From: Octopus bimaculoides
Taxonomy: Eukaryota
DNA length: 50,170 nucleotides
Assembly: GCF_001194135.2 (NCBI RefSeq)
Contig: NC_069003.1
Span: 29,576,334 to 29,626,503, forward strand
Direction: 5' to 3'
Under the pieces are notes generated by a model, which did no database searches, was not told where the DNA came from, and was given only the letters and a program-made list of their open reading frames with translations. Made by a program: the position numbers and the translations under genes. This document shows, in pieces, positions 10,621 through 22,875 of this stretch. The first letter of the stretch is position 1. Each line of letters starts with the position of its first letter.

Positions 10621-12099
10621 TTTAACTGTTCTGATCTACGTAGAACCAGAAAATCTAGTTTAGATCCTCAACAAGACAGCCCTCGTCCCAAACAGGGAGA
10701 AAAGTTCATAGATTCCGTTTCATTCTTTCGTGGTCGATAAAATAAAGAAGTTGTCCGGTATTAGAGATGATATGATCAACAATATCTTTGCGGCAAATTT
10801 CTGGCCTTGTGCCAAAGTTATAAATAATCATTGTTATTACAGTGGCTTGTCGTGTTATCTTTGCTTCGGTATATTAATCTTGTTTTAGAAACTTTTAAGT
10901 TCTTTGTGCAACTCGAAAACCGGTGGAGAAAGTGTCAAATACATGTTTTCACTATAAAAAAAATAACATAACAAACACCGTCATTACAAGATAGGATTAA
11001 ATTTCAGAAGACTGTGTTTACTCAATGGATTCATATATTTCGTCTTTCCAATGTTTGATGTTTGATAAACATCGCACCAGCTTAACTTTTGTCTCCATTG
11101 AAGAAAGTATATTAAAATTTCATGACACATTCCTTTCAAGTTAATTATTTCTCCCAATAATAAACAAACGGAAAATTCTATAATACTAGAAAGAAAATAG
11201 TAAGAACACGATCATATTAGTTGTAGTTCTTCGTTTATTTATCTTTTTTTTTATATAATTAAGTTGTTTAAAAACTAATCTGTTTTTTCTTTTCCCTGTA
11301 GCAAACTATCAGATTATCTACGGAGCCAAAATGGCATATCGTCAAAAACAGAAGAAGATGCAGGCCGCTAGACAAAAAAACATGTTTTCTTGCAAATATA
11401 TCTTACGAAGGATAATTTGGAATCTTATAAGAGTGTTTTGTTATGTGTATTTCTTTTTCATTTTTCATTGATCTCTTTTTTTTTTCCTGATTTCTCTTTT
11501 TTCATATTTTGAAAGAACAAAAACAGGAAACTACAAACAGATGTGTTTTCGCTCGAGGAATGCCAGCCGATTAGATAATATTATCTTGAATATATTTTTC
11601 AAGTCATCTTCGGAATGGAAAACAGCTTTGTGTCGCATAGCAGAAAACTATTTCAGTAATAACGATAAAGAGAATTATATTTAACTACTGGATTATACAT
11701 CATGTACATGCAGCAAAAACAAAATAAAAATAGAAAAAATACAGAAAAAACACACGCATTTAAAAATGATTTATAATTTAGTGTGAATCTACTAACAAAA
11801 ACTTCCATCTTGTTTCATATTTTCTTTCTTCGAAAAGCATACATTTAAATGTATGCATGTAGATATTAAAAAAAAACTCATCAGAAACTCATACACAGAC
11901 ACACACATACATACACACACATACATATACACACAAATATCTGTATGTGTGTGTTTAAGTGTGTGTGCGTGTGATTGTGTATTGGAGACTGGAGATTACA
12001 GTTTCAATTTATTTCATGATAATATCCTCACACGTGTTTCAGTGATAATGAAAAACTCATTAGATCTGGTTCATGTTTTGCAATGCTTCGTCAACACTT

Positions 12100-12360
12100 C
12101 TTCAGATATAGTTAAATGAATTACGGTCAGCCGCCGCATAGCACTAATCAGTCACCGTACAGTGACAAATATTATAAGAGAAGCAATCTCTTTAATCATT
12201 TCGCAGCTCCACCTTGCCAGTGTCTGTGAGCGAAGAGGAGATAACTATTCCGAAATACTTGCATCTCACAGTCTACAGAGATGGTACTCTCAACTGATAT
12301 TGGTGTATTAACACCATTCTGTCTGCAGCGAGATATTTTCTCCATGACAAAACAGAGTTT
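12100..12360 (-). mobile_element. LINE RT C-terminal remnant
   Basis: MEKISRCRQNGVNTPISVE...KYFGIVISS resembles the KTKVM...I.I.G..LE.V..FKYLGS.IS motif. Confidence 0.45.
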
Positions 12361-12607
12361 ATGGCTTATTTAGGTGTCCAAACGCATATTTGAACTGGTA
12401 AGGACAGAACATAGTTAGGGGAAATACAGAATTCTTTTAATTTGAAAGACTTTTACAGAGATTACAATATAAACAGACTGGATAGCTAAATCGAAAGATT
12501 CTCAAAGAAAAGACAGGTTAAAACGTTATTTACAATGATTGTAGAGTATTAATGGTTGCTGAAGGGAACGACTGACGCAGGTCGCTGATGTGAGGATCTA
12601 CATCGTG

Positions 12608-12616
12608 AGTGTGTGT

Positions 12617-12650
<34 letters not shown>

Positions 12651-12673
12651 CTGTGTCTGTCTGTGTGTGTTTG

Positions 12674-12705
<32 letters not shown>

Positions 12706-12830
12706 CGCGCGCGCGTGCGCGCGTGTCTGTGTCTGTGTCTGTGTCTGTTTGTGTATGTGTGTGTGTGTATGTGTGTGTATGTGTGTGTGTGTGTTTGTGC
12801 ATGTGTTTATGTGTACGTATGCGTGTTTAA
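12608..12830. repeat. (TG)n / (TGTC)n / (CG)n compound microsatellite
   Basis: Read directly from the sequence. Confidence 0.95.
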
Positions 12831-13309
12831 TACATCGACTCTTTTCGTAAAGAATTCCTGCTTGCAGTGTGCCTTGATCGTTGCTATCGTACAACAAGAT
12901 GCCGAAGATAAGATGTTTTTTAGAAGCTTTTAAATTCCATTTACTATAAAGCTGATTTGAAGGATGGCTAGTAGCGTTGCAAAATAGCAGAGCCTTGTGT
13001 GATAAACCATTATCAATACAGAAATTGTACACACCACAACAAAAATAGTTTGTACAATAGTAAATAGTTAATTATAACTTTCAGTCTACAGTGTATATCA
13101 ATGTGCTACACCACATTTCTTTCAATTTCAGAGTTCCTAAAACTTTTCCATAAATAAAAAGATTTAGTTTATCTTTGACACCGTTAATGTTACTTCAGAC
13201 TTTACTTTAATGGTAATAAAAGATCGTGAAAATACTCTTTTCCGATATAATACTGTCTCATCTACACTGAAAATACAATACAGTTCTATACTTAAGAGAT
13301 GAGGAATTA

Positions 13310-13458
13310 TGTACATTATTTACATTATTTACAATTGACGGATATTTGTCCTCATCCTGTTTGTTGTTAACACAACGTTTCGGCTGATATACCCCCCAGA
13401 CTTCATCAGGGGAAATTTCGAACCTGGGTTCTCATTCCTAAGGTATTTTTCGATGTTG

Positions 13459-13510
<52 letters not shown>

Positions 13511-13594
13511 CATTATTATTCATGCCACTGCCTGGAATCGAACTCGGAATCTTGGAGTTAGTAGCCCGCGCTCTTAACCACTACGCCCATGGGC
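13310..13594 (-). mobile_element. composite SINE-like element: tRNA-like head, (TAA)n(CAA)n linker, hammerhead-bearing tail
   Basis: Head 13594-13523 with A box (GGGCGTAGTGG) and B box (GAGTTCGATTCC); repeat 13520-13455; tail 13454-13310 with a CTGATGA...GAAAC core. Confidence 0.7.
13371..13412 (-). ncRNA. degenerate minimal type I hammerhead ribozyme (Penelope-like)
   Basis: Minus strand CCC-CTGATGA-A-GTCTG-GGGGGTATAT-CAGCC-GAA-ACGT-T-GTG: intact core, stem II 4 of 5 bp, palindromic ACGT stem III, stem I 2 of 3 bp. Confidence 0.6.
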
Positions 13595-14072
13595 ATATGG
13601 CGTACACACACTCACACAGACGCACACACACACTTACATACAAACACTCACATACATACACTCACATACACACACACACACTCACATACACACACATTCA
13701 CATACACACACACACTCACATACACATACACATACGCAACACACTCACACACGCGCGCGCATAGAAACACAGAAACTTAGTCCAGGCTTTTAATTTTTGT
13801 ATTTACTTATTTTGTGTCAGTTGCAATAATGATTAAAAATTTAGCAGCATGTAACTTTGCTTAATCTATGAATTAATAATGAAACGCTCGTTGTATGAAA
13901 TTATTAGAGCAAATTTCATTCACATCTACATATTCATATCTATCTTTGATCTCATCAGAATCAATTATGTAAAACGCAGTTGGCATAAAGAAAAGATAGC
14001 GACAGAGAATTAGAAAATGAAAGAGAGAACGAAAGAGTCGGAGAGACAGAGGGAATGGAGAGAGAAAGAGCG

Positions 14073-14128
<56 letters not shown>

Positions 14129-14851
14129 AGATGTAATTAATGTATTTTCCGNNNNNNNNNNNNNNNNNNNNNNNNNNNNNNNNNNNNNNNNNNNNNNNNN
14201 NNNNNNNNNNNNNNNNNNNNNNNNNNNNNNNNNNNNNNNNNNNNNNNNNNNNNNNNNNNNNNNNNNNNNNNNNNNNNNNNNNNNNNNNNNNNNNNNNNNN
14301 NNNNNNNNNNNNNNNNNNNNNNNNNNNNNNNNNNNNNNNNNNNNNNNNNNNNNNNNNNNNNNNNNNNNNNNNNNNNNNNNNNNNNNNNNNNNNNNNNNNN
14401 NNNNNNNNNNNNNNNNNNNNNNNNNNNNNNNNNNNNNNNNNNNNNNNNNNNNNNNNNNNNNNNNNNNNNNNNNNNNNNNNNNNNNNNNNNNNNNNNNNNN
14501 NNNNNNNNNNNNNNNNNNNNNNNNNNNNNNNNNNNNNNNNNNNNNNNNNNNNNNNNNNNNNNNNNNNNNNNNNNNNNNNNNNNNNNNNNNNNNNNNNNNN
14601 NNNNNNNNNNNNNNNNNNNNNNNNNNNNNNNNNNNNNNNNNNNNNNNNNNNNNNNNNNNNNNNNNNNNNNNNNNNNNNNNNNNNNNNNNNNNNNNNNNNN
14701 NNNNNNNNNNNNNNNNNNNNNNNNNNNNNNNNNNNNNNNNNNNNNNNNNNNNNNNNNNNNNNNNNNNNNNNNNNNNNNNNNNNNNNNNNNNNNNNNNNNN
14801 NNNNNNNNNNNNNNNNNNNNNNNNNNNNNNNNNNNNNNNNNNNNNNNNNNN

Positions 14852-15200
14852 CGGACTCGCGGTCGTAGGATTGCGGTTTCGATTCCCAGACCGGGCGTTG
14901 TGAGTGTTTATTGAGCGAAAACACCTAAAGCTCCACGAGGCTCCGGCAGGGGATGGTGGCGAACCCTGCTGTACTCTTCCACCACAACTTTCTCTCACTC
15001 TTACTTCCTGTTTCTGTTGTGCCTGTAATTCAAAGGGTCGGCCTTGTCACACTCTGAGTCACGCTGAATATCCCCGAGAACTACGTTAAGGGTACACGTG
15101 TCTGTGGAGTGCTCAGCCACTTGCACGTTAATTTCATGAGCGGTTTGTTCGGTTGATCTGATCAATTGGAAGACTCGTCATCGTAACCGACGGAGTGCCA
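14852..15200 (+). mobile_element. SINE family C (5' end lost in gap)
   Basis: Highly similar to 39077-39460; the ORF track gives the same spurious peptide, MFSLNKHSQRPVWESKPQSYDRES, for both. Confidence 0.9.
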
Positions 15201-15541
15201 GCTTTTTCTTTTTTTTTTCATTATTTTTTAATTTATTTCAGTTATTAGAATGCAGCCATGCTGGAGCTCAAACTGGAAGAATTTTAGAAGTCATAGTAAG
15301 ATAGTAAGAGACACATGCCCACGGTAACACACGGTAGACTGAAACCGGATCCATGCCATTGGAAAGCAAAGCTCTTATCACGTCACATAACCACGCCTGC
15401 GCATGCGCGCAAGCCCACGCTATTCTTCTGATCCGGGAAAACAGATTCTGTATCCTTCTTTCTATTTTCTCTCTCTCTCACTCTCACTCTCTTTTTCTCA
15501 CTCTCTCTTTCTCACTCTCTCTTTCTCTCACGCACACACAT

Positions 15542-15572
<31 letters not shown>

Positions 15573-16151
15573 CACACACAGACAAAATCACACACACATC
15601 CTCAGTTCTTCTCTCTCCGATGTGAGAAAACAAATACGTTATTTTTTCATTCTCTCTATTTCCTTTTCTCTCTTTCAATTTACNNNNNNNNNNNNNNNNN
15701 NNNNNNNNNNNNNNNNNNNNNNNNNNNNNNNNNNNNNNNNNNNNNNNNNNNNNNNNNNNNNNNNNNNNNNNNNNNNNNNNNNNNNNNNNNNNNNNNNNNN
15801 NNNNNNNNNNNNNNNNNNNNNNNNNNNNNNNNNNNNNNNNNNNNNNNNNNNNNNNNNNNNNNNNNNNNNNNNNNNNNNNNNNNNNNNNNNNNNNNNNNNN
15901 NNNNNNNNNNNNNNNNNNNNNNNNNNNNNNNNNNNNNNNNNNNNNNNNNNNNNNNNNNNNNNNNNNNNNNNNNNNNNNNNNNNNNNNNNNNNNNNNNNNN
16001 NNNNNNNNNNNNNNNNNNNNNNNNNNNNNNNNNNNNNNNNNNNNNNNNNNNNNNNNNNNNNNNNNNNNNNNNNNNNNNNNNNNNNNNNNNNNNNNNNNNN
16101 NNNNNNNNNNNNNNNNNNNNNNNNNNNNNNNNNNNNNNNNNNNNNNNNNNN

Positions 16152-16223
<72 letters not shown>

Positions 16224-16754
16224 TTTCAAAAACTGAATCTATCCTAACTAATTGTAGAAGACTTTAATGATTCTTTTCACTCATCTCATTTGCATAAATA
16301 AATTTTTGAATCTGTTATCGCACTCAAGAGATCAACTTATGATCGAAATATATACATCTTATTCAAATTTGATCTTCTTCACTTCCTTTCTACAAAGAAA
16401 AAATTAGAAGAAAATGAAACCGCGATCCACATGATTCTAAAGTTGTACTTAGTTGGCTTGTGAAATATTTCCCGGCTCTTTACTTTCTGACAAAATGCTT
16501 CAAAACTTTTCTTCCGGTTGTTTTCTTGTTGAGATCAAACTCTTGTTGAGTTCAGCGAGTTTACTTTTCATTTTTTCAGTCAAGTAATGAGTTCGATGTA
16601 ATCGACTACGTTTCTCCCAACAAAATTTCTGCCCTGGTGTCTAAAGTAGTAACCTTTACTACTATAGGCACCAGATTTCAGTCAAACTTAACATCTCTTA
16701 TCCTTAATTCGCCCCCAGGACACTGAGTGTTTCAGCAAGTGTTTGTAACAAACA

Positions 16755-17120
16755 TCAGGCAGTGGCTCTCATGGCTTCTGATCTTAATTGATTGAAAATG
16801 TTATCATGTACATTGTTTTGTCTTGGTATAAAAGATGGGCTACAGCAAATATTCTGCTTAATACCACAGATTTGCTTGTCAGTTGTTTGACCCTAACCAG
16901 TTGAGCATGTCCCTTGGTGGCTGACGATATGTGCATCTCTGATCATGAGCAGAAGTAGTGGGGGAGCATCATAGCCATGTGTTGAGAGGAATTCTTTGAG
17001 GTTTGAATAATTCTCCTCTGGAAACATGGGTGTTTAGCTCAACATCCTTAAACAAACCTTATTCAGGGACCTTTTGAGCAGGATGGGCTACTCGACCTGA
17101 AGAAAATTCTTACTGGGCCC
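16755..17120. mobile_element. interspersed repeat, probably a LINE 3' UTR
   Basis: GC-richer block that I recall as an abundant octopus repeat; single copy here, so the class is not verifiable from the window. Confidence 0.35.
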
Positions 17121-17289
17121 CTTTCGGGGTCGATTAATTAAGTACCAGTGAAACACTGGAGTCGATGTAATCCACTAGTCCCCTCCCACTAATTCCAGGC
17201 CTTGTGCCTATCGTAGAAAGGATTATTTTAACGTATGCTTTGCCACAGTATTCGGAATCTATGCAGTAAATTGAACTGTTCTGTTTTAA

Positions 17290-18240
17290 GCTTAGGAGTA
17301 GAGTTAGATTAAGATTTAGAATTAAGGATTTTGAGTTTAGTGCTAGGGTTAGGATTAGAGTTAGGATTAGGATTTAGAATTAAGGATTTTGAGTTTAGTG
17401 CTAGAGTTAGGATTAGAGTTAGGATTAGGATTTAGAATTAAGGATTTTGAGTTTAGTGCTAGGGTTAGGATTAGAGTTAGGATTAGGATTTAGAATTAAG
17501 GATTTTGAGTTTAGTGCTAGGGTTAGGATTAGAGTTAGGATTAGGATTTAGAATTAAGNNNNNNNNNNNNNNNNNNNNNNNNNNNNNNNNNNNNNNNNNN
17601 NNNNNNNNNNNNNNNNNNNNNNNNNNNNNNNNNNNNNNNNNNNNNNNNNNNNNNNNNNNNNNNNNNNNNNNNNNNNNNNNNNNNNNNNNNNNNNNNNNNN
17701 NNNNNNNNNNNNNNNNNNNNNNNNNNNNNNNNNNNNNNNNNNNNNNNNNNNNNNNNNNNNNNNNNNNNNNNNNNNNNNNNNNNNNNNNNNNNNNNNNNNN
17801 NNNNNNNNNNNNNNNNNNNNNNNNNNNNNNNNNNNNNNNNNNNNNNNNNNNNNNNNNNNNNNNNNNNNNNNNNNNNNNNNNNNNNNNNNNNNNNNNNNNN
17901 NNNNNNNNNNNNNNNNNNNNNNNNNNNNNNNNNNNNNNNNNNNNNNNNNNNNNNNNNNNNNNNNNNNNNNNNNNNNNNNNNNNNNNNNNNNNNNNNNNNN
18001 NNNNNNNNNNNNNNNNNNNNNNNNNNNNNNNNNNNNNNNNNNNNNNNNNNNNNNNNNNNNNNNNNNNNNNNNNNNNNNNNNNNNNNNAGATTTAGAATTA
18101 AGGATTTTGAGTTTAGTGCTAGGGTTAGGATTAGAGTTAGGATTAGGATTTAGAATTAAGGATTTTGAGTTTAGTGCTAGGGTTAGGATTAGAGTTAGGA
18201 TTAGGATTTAGAATTAAGTTGTATGGTTTAGAGTTAGAGT
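17290..18240. repeat. 58-bp telomere-like higher-order minisatellite spanning a gap
   Basis: TGCTAG recurs at 17341, 17399, 17457 and 17515; unit GGGTTA GGATTA GAGTTA GGATTA GGATTTA GAATTAA GGATTTT GAGTTTA GTGCTA; the array resumes after the gap at 18088. Confidence 0.95.
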
Positions 18241-19412
18241 TGGGGCTATGATTACATATAGACTGCACGCTAATGCGAAAATGGTCACGTATGCGGCATG
18301 CGAAATTGTAAATGATCTGGTGGACAGCACTCTTAAGTGGAAACATTACTTCGAAGACGACTAGCATGAGTTTATGCAAAAAAGAAGTGGACATAATCAA
18401 TGAGGTCACAGTCGTGTCACAAAGCCTTTAAAAAAACAATTAATTAATTATATAACTAATTAGGTGATCGATAATGAAATACAAATGAAATAGAAATTTT
18501 AATGAGTTTTTGTGTTAGAATAATCTTCACAAGCTACAATACTTTTCTGATGGTTTACTTCCAATTATAGAAGGCGCCAGTCATACCTAATTACAAGTTA
18601 TTATATTGATGAGTATCGCTGTTGCTTTCAAATTTGATTGGAGTTGTTCTATCATTGACAATATAATGTAGCCATCGACTGAATTAATTATATTCTCCTC
18701 AACAAATTTGCAGCTAACTGTGGCATTTCTCGAGTTCGATACCATGTGCTTGTGAAGCGAATTTTTTACCCAAACAACTGTGATACAGAAAGCTCTGCTG
18801 CATTCAAAGTAAAAAAAACAAAATCGTATTTATATTGCCAAGCGTGGGAAGCCCATCAATTCTCTAAAACCCCTCACTCTGATCAGAAACGGTCAATCAT
18901 TCAAAATGGGTTGTTTGTTTCTTTTTTTTTTGGTAAAGGGATGGTGTTCGTTATTCATTTTCCTTTTTTTTTTTTATTATCGAATGTCTTTGATACAAAG
19001 ACATAGGTTGTCTTACAATATAGTTCATGTCATACAACGAACATAAATCATGTTAGATTATAAGAAAGCATTTGTCTCAATATGCATAGACATCTTTCTG
19101 AACAGATCACATATTAAGAGGGGGAAAAAAAATAATAAATTGATTCAAAGGAAGTTATGACTGCTTAAACGTGTACAGTATTGCGATATAAATTTTTCGA
19201 AAGATCTCCTTTAAGAAAACCGATATTAAGTGTATATAAATAGAATAAGACATATTTCATTTTGATTTCTAATTCATACCTCAAAACCGTTGAATATAGG
19301 AATGTATAACATCAGAATGAAAAAGGCGCTTTGGGAGCTTTCATATATATAGATATATATACATATATATATATATATATANNNNNNNNNNATGTGTGTG
19401 TGTATATATATA

Positions 19413-19535
19413 CGAGGGATGTATGAAATGTCTGGAGCCTCAATAAAACAAAACATGGTACAAGCCTTCTGATGAAGGTACAAGACTTCAAGGTTCAAAG
19501 GCATTGAAGGCTCAAAACTTTACATACACCCCTCG
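19413..19535. mobile_element. mariner-type MITE, 123 bp, TA TSD
   Basis: TA|CGAGGGATGTATGAAATGTCTGGAGCCT versus right-end reverse complement TA|CGAGGGGTGTATGTAAAGTTTTGAGCCT. Confidence 0.85.
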
Positions 19536-19538
19536 TAT

Positions 19539-19573
<35 letters not shown>

Positions 19574-19619
19574 TGTCTGTCTGTATGTATGTATGTATGT
19601 ATGTATGTATGTATGTATG

Positions 19620-19965
19620 TGTTTGCCACCAACCACTGCTTGACAACCACTGTTGGTGTGTTTACGTCTCTGTAACTTAATAGCTCAGTAAAACCGACCT
19701 ATAGAATGAGTACCAGGAATTAAAAAAGAATGGTAGGTGAGGCGAAAAGGAGGGTGGTTGGATGTGAGGCAGATAAAATATATGAAGGCAGAAGCGCGGT
19801 CAACAGAGCAAGTACAACGGCGGTCGACGTCGATGGCCTGGATGCTTGTTACGAGATTGTGTGAAATATCGGACAAGCCGGTGCGACTAGATACTGAAAT
19901 TATAACCACTGCTACAGAGACGTTAGAAACAAAGAAATTCTAAGTAGGGAGTCGATTTGGCATGA
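19620..19965 (+). mobile_element. SINE family A tail split by an about 200-bp insert
   Basis: GCTTGACAACCACTGTTGGTGTGTTTACGTC...ATAGAATGAGTACC to 19730, resuming AAGTAGGGAGTCGATTTG at about 19942. Confidence 0.6.
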
Positions 19966-20374
19966 GTAGGAAAAGACGAGGCTACATTGGCAATCTGAGA
20001 TGCTGAGATGAGATGCTTAGATTACTGTTGAAATAGTAGAGAAAGTAATGTGTGCAGACAGGACGTGTTTGATTGGTGAGTGTTGGCTAGTGACATCATT
20101 CCAATCAGTCGTTGACCTTTGGGGTTTAGATGTTTTATGATTATGTTTTCGTATAGAAATTCGTTGTTTCTTTTATATAAATATCTATGTTATTGAAACC
20201 GGCGTACGTGTCTTTACAGACAGTCTGAGTAGAAACAGGAAAACAAGACCAAAAAACAAAACTTATAGAAGAGAGATATTCGTTTGGAAGCGTATCATTT
20301 TCCATGTAATTCTTCCGTTACTTGTTCACAAATTGCAACTATGCAACTGTAAGAAATTTTGTCATATACATACA

Positions 20375-20423
<49 letters not shown>

Positions 20424-22156
20424 GTATATGTATATNNNNNNNNNNNNNNNNNNNNNNNNNNNNNNNNNNNNNNNNNNNNNNNNNNNNNNNNNNNNNNNNN
20501 NNNNNNNNNNNNNNNNNNNNNNNNNNNNNNNNNNNNNNNNNNNNNNNNNNNNNNNNNNNNNNNNNNNNNNNNNNNNNNNNNNNNNNNNNNNNNNNNNNNN
20601 NNNNNNNNNNNNNNNNNNNNNNNNNNNNNNNNNNNNNNNNNNNNNNNNNNNNNNNNNNNNNNNNNNNNNNNNNNNNNNNNNNNNNNNNNNNNNNNNNNNN
20701 NNNNNNNNNNNNNNNNNNNNNNNNNNNNNNNNNNNNNNNNNNNNNNNNNNNNNNNNNNNNNNNNNNNNNNNNNNNNNNNNNNNNNNNNNNNNNNNNNNNN
20801 NNNNNNNNNNNNNNNNNNNNNNNNNNNNNNNNNNNNNNNNNNNNNNNNNNNNNNNNNNNNNNNNNNNNNNNNNNNNNNNNNNNNNNNNNNNNNNNNNNNN
20901 NNNNNNNNNNNNNNNNNNNNNNNNNNNNNNNNNNNNNNNNNNNNNNNNNNNNNNNNNNNATATATATATATATATATATATGTATATGTATGCATATATA
21001 TATATATATATATATATGGATGTATGTATGTATGTATGTATGTATGTATATAGTTGTGTGTGTCTATGTATATATATGTGCGTGTACGCATATATACGCG
21101 TATACATATGTGGTTTACGTGTGTATGCGAGCATGTATACATATATAGGTATATGTGTGCATATTTAAAAGCATATATATATGCATACATAATTCCCGAG
21201 ACAGGGGTACAAGCGAATCGAATGTGGTAGGAGAATGGGGAGCGGAAGGGGAGGGTGAGTCTGGCATCTGCAGTGCTAAACAATAAAGAAAAGCAAACAT
21301 TGAGATGCTCACTTGTTCATTATCAGTAGCAAAAGTAGGATAATAACAATAATTGGGAGCTTATTTTGGCTGGGAGGAACACAGAATTAGGTTTTCCTTT
21401 TTTTTTTCTTTTTTTTTTTTGTGAATCTATTTATGCATTTAGAAGTATTATTTTAGTTGATCTAAACTTTATTAGTCATACAAATTGCAACAATAGTCGC
21501 AATTTTGATAAGCATAATAACATATCCGAAGGGACGTGTAGTAAAGTAAATGAGATTTACCGAATTTTTACCAATTTATTCAAAATATCATCCTGCTATT
21601 TTATACAGTTATTATCTTTTGTCGGGTTATCGAGAAATTACTACACAGTTCAAGATTTTTCTTTGATAAAAATAGAAGTTATTTCAAAATTACATCTTTC
21701 TCTTCGGGCCTTATCTTTATGTAATCATAGAGCAGTAATATTTTATAAACAATACAACATCGAAAGAAAGCGGATTCGTTCATGTGAAGGCCTAATTAGA
21801 ATATCTATCCTAAAGAAACTTTGTTCGCCTTTAATTGAGTATCTTACTTCGATGCAATGGTGTACTTCGAAGAGAAAAATGTGTTTTCACTTCGGAAGTT
21901 AGAATGATTAAATGTTTGCGTTCTAAAACTACATTGGCGTCTAGAATGGAAGGTGTAGAAGACGAAAATTTGGCCACTGAACAATTGGTTCCAGCGGTAC
22001 TTCCAACAAGTCATGCATGCTACAAATATAGCTGTTACTGGCCCAAAGTGTCTGCTGGTTACTACAGAAAACCGTTGTGAGATTGCAGTTGATTATTATT
22101 TCAAAAGTATTAAAAAATGGATAGACATTAGACAACGTATCGAAAATTGTTATGCA

Positions 22157-22200
<44 letters not shown>

Positions 22201-22354
22201 CAATAGCAACCAAAAGTAATTTGATTCAGATATGAATAACACACTGTTCTAATGATTTTCATTAAAATGGTTTACATTTCAACAAATAGGTTAGACATAA
22301 TCATGGGCATTTCTGTTCTAAAAACACAGCTGGTTTATATTTAGAAATATTCGT

Positions 22355-22875
22355 TTCAAATTTTAGCACCAAGCCAGCAATTTCGGGGAGGAGGTAAGTC
22401 GATTACATCGATCCCAGTACTCAACTAGTACTTACTTTATCGACCCACGGAAATGTGAAAGACAAAGTCAATCTCGGTGGAATTTGAACTCCGAACGTCA
22501 AGATGAACGATATGCTGCTGAGCGTTCAAAAGATTCAGTCTACTCGCCGCTTTATATGTGTATATAATATTGGTTTCAAATTTTGGCACAAGGCCAGCAA
22601 TTTCCAGAGAGGTGGTTATTCGATCACCTCGACCCCAGAGCTCAAATGGTACTTATTTTATGGGCCACGAAAGGATGAAAGGTAAATTTGACCTCAGCGG
22701 CATTTGAACTCAGAACATAAAGACGGGCGAATTGCCGCTAAACATTTTGCCTGCAGGCAAAAGATACCTTCATCGCTTCAGGATCGATAAAATAAGCATC
22801 GGTTGAACACTGGGGTCGATGCAATTGTCTATCCCTTCCCCCCGAAATTCCTGGCCTTGTGTTAAAATTTGAAAT
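22355..22875. mobile_element. cluster of three SINE family B copies (22355-22550 -, 22570-22770 -, 22785-22875 +)
   Basis: Two tandem CAAATTTT.GCAC.AAG.CCAGCAATTT starts, then the reverse-complement tail GGGGTCGATG...CTGGCCTTGTG..AAAATTTGAAA. Confidence 0.85.

Noticed and set aside
10513-10740. FCSENYFGFNCS as a Notch-ligand DSL motif
   Set aside because: The following Cys pattern is absent, and the segment fits a decayed integrase core better.
13523-13594. Functional tRNA gene
   Set aside because: The acceptor and T stems are mismatched; treated as a tRNA-derived element head.
17290-18240. CRISPR array or true telomere
   Set aside because: There are no unique spacers, the context is eukaryotic, and the array is internal and degenerate rather than pure TTAGGG.
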